This document shows, one piece after another, positions 51,848 through 64,000 of a stretch of 64,000 bases of DNA. The notes under the pieces were generated by a model. The model was not told the origin of the DNA and ran no database searches. It was given only the letters and a program-made list of their open reading frames with translations. A program made the position numbers and the translations under genes. The stretch lies in the NCBI GenBank assembly GCA_051294375.1, contig CM119268.1, positions 10,423,607 through 10,487,606 of the forward strand. The letters run 5' to 3'. Position 1 is the stretch's first letter. Each line of letters begins with the position of its first letter. Source of the DNA: Paraspadella gotoi (taxonomy: Eukaryota; Animalia; Chaetognatha).

Positions 51848-52074
51848 TAAAATTTTAGGCAAAATTTTACTTTCGCCGACCGGGATTTTGGCGTCTTTTG
51901 AAAAACCACTTAAAAATACTCATTTTTAAAAATAAATTTATAAAAATTATTACCTAATTACCTAAATTTTCTTAACCCTAACCACCTCTAACCTTAATCT
52001 ACCCCTAAACCACCCTTAACCCTAAAAACCCCCCTAACCCCGGTTGGCATAAGTAAAATTAACCTTAAATTTTA
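51848..52074. mobile_element. Small inverted-repeat element carrying degenerate CCCTAA-like repeats
   Basis: Imperfect inverted repeats aattttactttcgccgaccggg / cccggttggcataagtaaaatt; internal taaccctaaccacctctaaccttaatctacccctaaacc. Confidence 0.7.
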
Positions 52075-52927
52075 AATAATGGTTATGACTTTTAAATCAG
52101 AGAAAGAGAAAATATAAATTATGGATGTATACCTGTAAAAAAAATTTCTGGCGGCGGTTTTAAAATAATAACTATATATTGTATAAGGTCACCTGGTACG
52201 CTACTCTATTTTTAAAAAGCGTGATTGTGATGACATTTCCGTATAAAGTGATCAGTCTAATGTCCTTGTTTTTCCAATCTATTTACTATCCTTTAACCAA
52301 AGTTATTTCCTGATAATTTTCACAATTGTGTCGGTTTTGATTGTTTGTGAAAGTCATTTTATTAATTTTTGCATGAAAAACGAATCAAGTCTCTGTATAT
52401 CAAATAAATTATGTTAAAAAGATTATTCTTCGCGATTCATTTCCTGACCGTGGTTTATATTCAATTGAACGACTGACAGCCTGATTTTAGAATAGCCAAT
52501 AGGATAAATTTATCCTTATCATGCCGATTTCAAGTAGCCGTGCCATATTTGATGTTGTTGAAAAGTGAGAACGGAAATGATAGGTTATAGACAAATTTAA
52601 AAAAAATTATAATGTAATATAATTACAGGATATTTAAGAATGTGATTGAATTTATTAAAAAACTATTTTTGTAATTATATGTTGAAAACAGGCTTTCTAG
52701 CCTAAAACGTTTTAAAGTTTCTTTTTACCCAACGCTGAGTTTGTGGATCTGATTTACGAGAAAAATTGCCTTATTTTTCGATTAGATTTTTAATACTGTA
52801 TCAAAGTTGAACTCCCGATAACGTGCGATACCATCAGTTTTGTTCTGATAGTAGGAATAGAATAAATAAATTAAAAAAACAAAAACTGCGGACAGGAGCC
52901 GCGGACCGAAAATTGTCCTCGGCGAGG

Positions 52928-54644
52928 ATGGCCTCGGCCCACAACCTCCTCGGACTCGTCAATCAGCTCCAAAATTTGGAACTCTCCTTTTCCAAGATTT
53001 TGATGGAGACGGCGATGAAGCTCAGCGCCCTCACCGACGCCAACGTTTTTGTACTCGTGGAAACGCAGGAAGGTTGGTTTAGAGGGAGCTAACTTTTTAC
53101 AGCGAATTGCCAATATTTGATATTAATTATTTAACCATTTTATATTTAACCAATAACCTTGATTGAAAGTTTGCATGGTCTTGTAATTGTGACACCATAG
53201 CCTGTCCAAAGTCAGGGCAAGATAGCTTATTTAAAAATGAACAGTTAATTTTAATATTGGTAGTAGAAATTTCATAATATTTAATACTTCTTTTCTTGCC
53301 ACCCTTGGTCGAGGTAAACTTTTTTATTATTAAATTTTGAATATTAAAATATTAAATAATGAAATTTCCCCGCAACAGGTCGTCGTTTTTCTGGCAAACG
53401 GCATTTGTGCGACGCCTATCTCGACGGATCGCTGGCTCCGAACGGGAACGACGTCGAGTTCGAGATTAACCCCGCCGTCTGTTCGCTGCGTCAGCGACGA
53501 CAGCAGCAGCGGCGACGTAACTCGGCCAACCATCGCCACCCTTATCATCAAAGGTCACCCAAACGTCGCGCCTCTGCAGCGTCTGGGCAATCGACGCCGA
53601 CGACCAAGCGTCGCAAACGCGATTCGTCGGCCTCGTGGCTTCCGGCGCTTTTATCGCCGTCGGCGACGTTGAATGGCGCCGCGGGCGACGAAGAAATAGA
53701 TGACGAGGCCGCTGCCTTTCTCCAAGTCAATGACGTCGTCCTAGACTGCGAAGTCGACGAAGTGGACGACGAAAACGACGACGTCGAGGAAGACGTCAAA
53801 CTCTACGCGGAGAACGCCTCCGTCGTCGACGCCACGCCATCTTTTCCCTCGACGCAGCTCGACGAGCAGACGGGACTCCTGACGTCGCCCCCGCCGTCGA
53901 TGGCGTTGATTCCCTTCAACGGTGAAGCGGCTCCCTACCACGCCCCTCCTTCCCGCGCCAAGACTTACACCGACGCCGACCTCGAGGAGTGCCGCGAACT
54001 CAACCGCAGCCTCATGAAGTCCCTCCCGACCACGCTACTCTCCAAACTCGACGGATTGTCACAGTTTCACGCGGGGGCGAACATCGAACCAGGAAGCGCC
54101 GAGTTCAGGCTGCTTAACAGGTAGAGGGTTGTTTCGTTAAAATTTTTGTCATCTTGACGATTTAAAAAAAAGCCATTCTAATGTCAATGCCAGCATTCTT
54201 TACGAGTTCGGCATCCACGCTCGTTCGTTCTGCCCCTTCGACGTTTCTCTTCCCGCCGCCAAAAAATTTCTCTACTTAAACCTTGACTCCCTCATTGGGG
54301 CCTTTCCCATTCTCGCCGCCGTCGTCACCCGCGGAGGAAAGTTCCCCATAGGCAGTCGACAAATCACCAAACTCACCTACTTCCGGTGAGGCGTTGCTTT
54401 CGGTGTGGCCTAGTTTGAACTATTAACATCTGTAAATTTGTGTGTGCGATTTTTCAATATTGGAGTTTTTCATTTCAGGGAAAAGACGAAGAAAGCCTTT
54501 ATGAAATACGTCAAATCCGCTAAAGAATTTGCTGGCGGCGGTTGTAGTGGCGGAAGTGGCGTTGGCGCTGGCGCCGGCGCGGAGATCAACGGGGAAGTCT
54601 CGCCGCCTTTCGTTCAACACCGACTAGAATTACAAGAATTTTGA
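52928..54644 (+). CDS. Uncharacterised protein with a degenerate MADS/SRF-like N-terminus (paralog 1), 4 exons
   Basis: Exons ~52928-53072, 53379-54120, 54194-54385 and 54479-54644 join in frame. FSKILMETAMKLSALTDANVFVLVETQEGRRF resembles the SRF core (IMKKAYELSTLTGTQVLLLVASETG). Confidence 0.75.
53159..53276 (+). repeat. Diverged, internally deleted copy of the ~230-bp repeat
   Basis: ttgattgaaag..agcctgtccaaagtcagggcaagatagcttattta..atttcata. Confidence 0.85.
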
Positions 54645-55768
54645 AACTTGGATGACGAAAAAAAAAATTACTTACTGCAGTAAATAGTGAGTGAAAACTC
54701 AAGCAAATTCCGCTCGATCTCAACCATCCCATTTCATTGACTTTTGACCTTTGATTTATACCCGAGGAGATTTAAATTCGTTTTTTTTATCTTGGTCGTC
54801 CTTTTACGGTTTATCGCTTTGAAACAAAATGCTTGACAATGTGACTTGGACCATTTACGATCGTGTTTACCGCTCTCCTCATTTTAAAACAAAACGAAAA
54901 AGTAATTTTGACTTGTCCCATTAAGTCTGCTTTGGTGGAAGATTTTAGGTCTCTTTGTCCCTCCTCGAATTAGGTATCGAAACAAGGTCTTAAGACACCT
55001 TTAGTTTCTATCTCTCTCTTTTTCGCCATGCCATAATGTCGTAACTATTCACGTTTTGACGTAGCTTTGTAATAAATCTTTTATTTATAATTATTACCTT
55101 TGTTTCGACCGCATAATACATTCATTCTACTACACCAAACGACATATTATTTATTTCAGTTTACCAAAAAAAAAGTTAGTGAAATCACGTTTTAATTATT
55201 AAATCACGGGCACCCGGTCCCGTGATCGATTCGCTTTACCGGTCGGAACGATCAACTTAACTTCAACTACAACCAGAAGTTTAAACTGAGAAAGTAGAAA
55301 GGAGCAGCCGCTGCTGCGAAAGCGATCACGAGTCGGACGACGACGACGACGACCACGAGGACGACTATAAAACAAGACAAAGTTTAAAGTTCTTGTAATT
55401 TAAAAAAGTTTTCTTCCAGTTCGCGATGGATATCACTTCTTTTATTTTCAACCCTCGAAACGGATCTAAGTCGTACTGACGATCTGGAAACCAAATTATA
55501 ACATTGAAAAAACATTCTGTGGTTGGGAAGAACTAAGCGAAGCAGTATTTTTTCACGTTTATCTAATTTCTTTTACTATTTTGCGATACTTTGCTCCTGA
55601 ATTGTTTCTCACAGTTTTATGATCGAATCCTTGCATTCCAACTAAAGACAAGCAACGAAAGAGTTAACTTTTGACGCCATAATAAAAAACTAAGGGCGAC
55701 TAAATTCGGACGTCGTCCGCCTTTCGCCTTTGGATCCAATTTCCCCGCCGACCAACCCGCCCACCGCC

Positions 55769-57009
55769 ATGAAGAAGAAAGTGCTGTTAATGGGGAAGTC
55801 CGGCTCCGGAAAAACCTCGATGCGTTCAATCATCTTTGCCAACTACATCGCAAGAGACACTCGACGACTCGGCGCCACAATAGACGTCGAGTTCTCTCAC
55901 GTCAGGTCCCACGATAATCCTTGTCGCTGGGAAACCAGAAAATATATCAATTATAGAGCGAAAAAAAGACTAATTCCACTCTTTGTTTTAGATTTCTTGG
56001 AAATCTCGTCCTCAATCTGTGGGACTGCGGAGGGCAAGAGGCTTTTATGGAGTCATACTTTGTGTCGCAGAGAGACAACATATTCCGAAACGTCGAGGTG
56101 AACTGATCTGGGATAAATAATCATCGCAAATAGCGTTATTATTATTATTATTATTAATCAATAATATTATTGATTCACCCTTAAAATTAAACAGGTCCTC
56201 ATTTACGTGTTCGACGTGGAATCTCGAGAGTTGGAAAAGGACATCGCTTACTATCAGTCATGCCTCGAGGCCATCCTCCAAAACTCGCCCGACGCCAAGA
56301 TCTTTTGCCTTATCCACAAGATGGACCTAGTGCAGGAGGATCAGAGGGATGTCATATTCAGGGATCGAGAGGAGGACTTAAAGCGTTTGTCCAAGGTGGG
56401 TGGGGGTGAATCTTTTAAAGCGTCGATTTCGTTATGAGCCTGTGCATTGGAATATCTCTTTAGCCGCTGGAATGCTCGTGTTTCCGAACTTCCATTTGGG
56501 ACGAGACTCTTTATAAAGCTTGGTCCTCCATCGTCTACCTCCTCATTCCCAACGTCCACGTCTTGGAGCAAAACTTGACGCAGTTCGCAGACATTATCGA
56601 CGCCGACGAGGTATTTAAGGGTCTAACGCCCTCCGTTTCCCTTTCCTCTTTTCCCCTCCATTCATTTCTTACTCTTCCCTTCTCTTTCTCACAGGTCATC
56701 CTTTTCGAGCGGGCCACTTTTCTCGTCATATCCCACAAGCAGCGAAAAGATCATCGGGACATCCACCGGTTCGAGAAGATTTCCAACATCATCAAGCAAT
56801 TTAAGTTGAGCTGTTCCAAGTTGGCCGCTCAGTTCCAGTCGATGGAGATTCGCAACGCCGAATTCGCCGCCTTCATCGACCTCTTTACCTCCAACACCTA
56901 CGTCATGGTAGTCATGTCTGACTCCAGCGTTCCCTCCGCCGCCACCCTCGTCAACATCCGAAACGCGCGGAAGCATTTCGAAAAACTGGAAAAGCTCGAG
57001 CGGTTTTAG
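55769..57009 (+). CDS. RRAGA: Ras-related GTP-binding protein A/B (Gtr1 family), 5 exons
   Basis: [54 protein letters not shown] and [20 protein letters not shown]. Confidence 0.97.
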
Positions 57010-57797
57010 AGCAGATATGGAAAAGAAGGAGACGGCCGGGCCGCTCGGGGCCCTCAAATTCTCCATTTCTGCCTCATAATTTCGGATGTTGTATGGACAC
57101 TCCGAACGCGAGTCTATAGAATCAATCCCGTTCAAGTCAAGCTTGCGACCGCAATCGATCTGCGGTGGACGGAAACGTTCATCGTTGGTCAATGGTCATG
57201 TCGCTGATGAATTCTTTCGCTAGTGGTGATGAGTGTTTTTCGACCAAGGAAAAATATTTTTCCCCACTGTAGTAGGCGAGCCATCTTCAATTAGACGATG
57301 GTTAGACGGTAGCGAAATACTTGTTAGTTGATCGTTGATTATTAGTTGTAGCACTGATTTTTCAAATGAGGCCTCGTTCGACCCGACCTTATGATTTTTT
57401 ACTTATGGGACTTCATGTTTATGAATTTGCTGATCATTTAATTATTTGATATGGATTATTGTTCTTATTTTATTATTTTTTGTTACCATCGTATCTAAAT
57501 TTTTGAGAAAAAACAAATGGAGCGCTCAAGAAAGAAAATGTGATGGTAGCAAACGCAGCTTTTAACTTTCTTCGACCGCCCTGACATCCAGTATAAAAAT
57601 TTTTTTTAAAAATTGCGTGTAATTTAAATTATGGTGTAACCACGACGCTGTGATTGGACCTATCCCTTTTTATTCTTCCCTTTCTTCAGTTCTCAAATTC
57701 TCTCTCCTATTAAACTTGGCGTTGAAAGTTCGCTTTTCTAGACCATAAAGGAAAAAAATAGTTCAACGAATTTATTTGGATCTGTTTGTTGATAAGA

Positions 57798-59209
57798 ATG
57801 GCTCTTGTGGATCCATTTCCTTCTCCTTCCGAGGCCTTCGCTTCCCAGTTTGCCGTGGTCCTTATGGAATATTCGCTTAAGCTGGCGCGCATCGCTGGTG
57901 GGTTTATTCTACACGTAGTCGTCGCTTTGGTTTTTAACCGCTAATCTCACTCCCTCTTTTCTCTCAGGCACCCGCCTCTTTTTGCTGGTAGAAGCTCCGG
58001 ACGGACGGCGCTATTCGGGGGATCGTCTTCTGTGCCACGCCTTCGTCTCAGACGCTTTGCGTCACCAACCCGGCGACGTTGAGATGAGCGTCGATCACGG
58101 CGTCGCGGCACTTCATCCCCGCAACTCTGGGTTCGTAACGGATTGAGAAATCAAATAAAATAAATAAAATAAAATAAATCAAATAAAATCAACGCAGCCC
58201 GCTCTGCCCGCTGTGGTATTCATTTTCTTTCGCTCTCAGGTTTTCTCGAAAACGGAGCTCCGTCGGCTTTGATTATGACTTTGAGGACGACATGAGCAGA
58301 AAGAAGAAATCCAAGAGGTCTACCCCGAATTCGTCGTCAACTTCCCCGCCGAATTCGAGGACTCTGTGGAGCGATGACTTCGGAAAAACGGACCTCATTC
58401 AAGTCGTCGACGCCGTTGCCGGTAAATCTATATTCATTTGAGGATAACGAACATTTTTTTAACAAATAGTATTTATTCTTGGCCAATAAAATCCATTTAG
58501 TAATCTTTAATTTCTTCATTGGCTGTACGATGACGCTGCTACTTAACGATAACATTGTCATGTTGGTGACAGAGTTATATTTACGTTTTTATTTATATTT
58601 TCCCACATTCAGGAGATGACATAAAGGGGGATTGGCTGAACCACTCTAGTTACCCGATCCCCGCGCCTGACTCTCAGTCCGTCTTCCCTCTTCCTTATCC
58701 TCCTCCGCCGAATATGCTCAACCTCAACGATAACAACGATTTTCTGAGTCTTTCTCATTCGAGCAACAATCACGTCGAACACGACACTTCCTGGGTCTTG
58801 AAGGTGAGGGACCCATTCAGTAAGGAAATATGTACAATTATATTTTCGCAGGCAAATATAATCTGTATCCCTTTTCTTTCAGGAATTCATTCCCAATAAC
58901 TCCAAAGTGGAACAGGTACGAACTATACACGACCAGAATCTCTTCGTCAACAAATTGTCTTCAGGCTCCAAACTCGGCGTCGGATTGATGCACGACTTCT
59001 CACGAAACGTCAGCGAGCGATGCCGACATCGCCAGGCCGACAAGTGCAACGGTTATTTCAATAGATGCTTCGAGGATCTTTGGTCTTACTTCGATAACCT
59101 CCATCAATTAAAACTCGGCGACAACAACGACAGTCCCGAGCACGGCTGGCGATTCAAGACGCTTTACTCCAATCTTAAGTGGATCGCCAGGCAGAATTTT
59201 AAACACTAG
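57798..59209 (+). CDS. Uncharacterised protein with a degenerate MADS/SRF-like N-terminus (paralog 2), 5 exons
   Basis: Exons ~57798-57897, 57968-58130, 58240-58421, 58613-58803 and 58883-59209 join in frame. FAVVLMEYSLKLARIAGTRLFLLVEAPDGRRYSGDRLLCHAF aligns with paralog 1. Confidence 0.75.
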
Positions 59210-59637
59210 GCCGGGTTTTGTTGGCTTTCATTTATCGGCGCGTGCTTTTTAAATTTTTATATTAAAAGTCTTCCTTTATTTGCTCTCTCTCGGCCTCAAA
59301 ATCATTCCATACATCATTGCATGCGTTCTACTATATTTTAGTTCTCTCGCTCTCTCACAATTCATTCAAATGTATAATAAACCACCGCCAGTTCTGAGTT
59401 ATAAATATTTTGTTTTGTCTCTTTTAAATCTTGCGATATCATTTTTTTTTCAGAATATTTTTATTCCGATGGCGCTTATAGAACTCTAACCAACCATGAC
59501 GTTTACATATATTTTTACCCAAGAAAAACGACTGTGATATAAAATATTTTAGCTCCGATTGGCCTTCTTCATTATTCCACGAATCCTGCCACTCATAATT
59601 GCCTGAATTTTCCATTTGCCCATTGATTAATAACTGA

Positions 59638-62293
<2,656 letters not shown>

Positions 62294-63348
62294 GAAGGAA
62301 TTAAGGTCTTTTGCTTTCGTATATTTCCATTCACTCTCACTTTTACCTCCGCCCTTTCTTAACTTGTGCCTTATTGCTTTGATACGTTTTTGAAATCTTG
62401 TTATACTTGAAACCAAAGCGTCAATCACGAAAAAGGGGAAAGATGCCCCGCGATTGAGAAAGTCCCCGCCTTAAAGGTGCTTTAGGTCTGGATGACGTTT
62501 ATCTTTTCTATTCGAGTTCGATCCCCAAACGTTTTTGTTAGGGTCGCTTGCAATTTCCTCACTTCGTGTATCGTTGCGATTCTTTTCAATTCGATTACGT
62601 AATTTGATCGCGTTTATGAGTTAGATTTTGATTATATTTTTTATGTCAGTCGAGGTTTTTTGTCGCTCTTGCTCAAATGAGAGCATATCGATTAAAACTA
62701 GTATTTTTTATAAGTCTTACTTTGGAAATTAAATGGCCGGTTTTCTCAAGTTTTTTTTTTAAATTAACTACCAAAAGCTCAATAATAGTGGAAATTAAAA
62801 TGTCTTTTAATGATCCTTGAACATTAAAAAAAATTACTGTTCTTACATTGTATTTTTTTGCTGAATCGAGTTTTAGACATTGAAATTTTAGTTTCCCCCT
62901 CTAAAGTAATGTTAAATTTTACCTCCATATCTTTTCTGATACGGGTAACTCACAGCCCAATTTTTTTCTACACCCATTTTTGTTATTTTATATTTTTATT
63001 TAATTACTATTATTTTTACCTATACCACTCAAAATATTTTAGATTAATTATTTTTTTCTCCATGTAGTATTAGATCTAAATTTTCCGCTTGTGTAAGTTT
63101 TTTTAAACCTCACAATTACATCGTGATTTTTAACAAATTCGTTTTTTTTTTTCTTTACTTTTCTGGCGGCTACTAAGTTATATTATCTAGCCAGGGAATT
63201 TTACAGGTACTTGTTCATTTGAGGTCTCTTTTTTATTTTTATTTTTAACAATATATCTAAAGCTACGAACGAGGCATTTTTATTAATTTCAATCCGACGT
63301 CTAATTAATCTGGTGGGCGGCCCGAACTCTCTTATCAAGTTCATCCTT

Positions 63349-63912
63349 TCATTTCTTCTGGTAAGCATCGGTAACGGTCTTGAGTTCCTCCAGCAACGTC
63401 TGATGTCGATACTCCATCCGGGTGTTTGGCACGTTGGTCTTTTGAACGTCGTTGGAAGCGGCACCCTCTTTGCTGAGGTAGTTCTCACCGATCCAAGCCT
63501 AAGAAATCCCGTGACGAATGTCTTAGGAGAAATCCACGAGGGTTGTGGGAAATAAAATCCCGCAAGTTCAGCTCACCTGCTTGAGAGCGTGAGCGAACGA
63601 GGACATGAAAACGCTGTTTCTCGCCAATTCGCACAAATCCGCCGTGCTTAGCTTCCAGACCTGCGTGCCGAGTATCGTCGTATTGGAATCAAAATCAACC
63701 AGATTGCGTCAATTTTTTTTTGTTTTTCGTCATAAACCTGAGCGGCGACGCTGTATTCTTCCATTAAAGGCTCCTTGGTATAATGGAACTGCAGCGGGTC
63801 GTCGGTGGAGAGCGAAATAAGTAAACCTCTTGCCAAATATTGCGGCAAAGGATTCTTGTTGTATTCCAGAAACAGTTTGTTGTTGCTAAGCGGCGACATG
63901 GCGACGCCCATC
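63349..63912 (-). CDS. AMPD: AMP deaminase, last three exons (gene continues beyond the window)
   Basis: [59 protein letters not shown]../[30 protein letters not shown]. Confidence 0.95.
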
Positions 63913-64000
63913 TGAAAAGTTAATAACTTTTCAAAGGGGTGATAATAGTTAAGCATAGGCGATAGGGGCTTGTGTAATGAAAATTAAGAAGCATTCCTCC

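Noticed and set aside
57200-57240. CTGATGA in the RagA 3' UTR as a hammerhead or snoRNA
   Set aside because: No stem II followed by GAAA and no D box arrangement.

Overview
Gene-dense animal genomic DNA with AT-rich non-coding regions and many short spliceosomal introns (mostly ~60-90 nt). I reconstructed 18 spliced genes by hand, 15 of them on the + strand: a C2H2 zinc-finger gene, a BTB-ZF gene, VMP1, anamorsin/CIAPIN1, RPL26, a tetraspanin, OGDH, a class A GPCR, MIA40/CHCHD4, XPC, CAD, ARH3, a long multidomain PI3K regulatory subunit, RagA/B, AMPK-alpha, the 3' end of AMP deaminase, and two paralogous genes with a degenerate MADS/SRF-like N-terminus. Larger introns and intergenic gaps hold TIR elements and a dispersed ~230-bp repeat (8 copies). 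The most notable observations are three related GC-rich hairpin-forming islands (a candidate structured RNA family), two minimal hammerhead ribozyme motifs, the MADS-like gene pair flanking RagA, a recurrent GTTCGT splice donor, and a triplicated splice acceptor in OGDH. Exon boundaries, folds and homologies were read by eye; no searches or folding programs were run.
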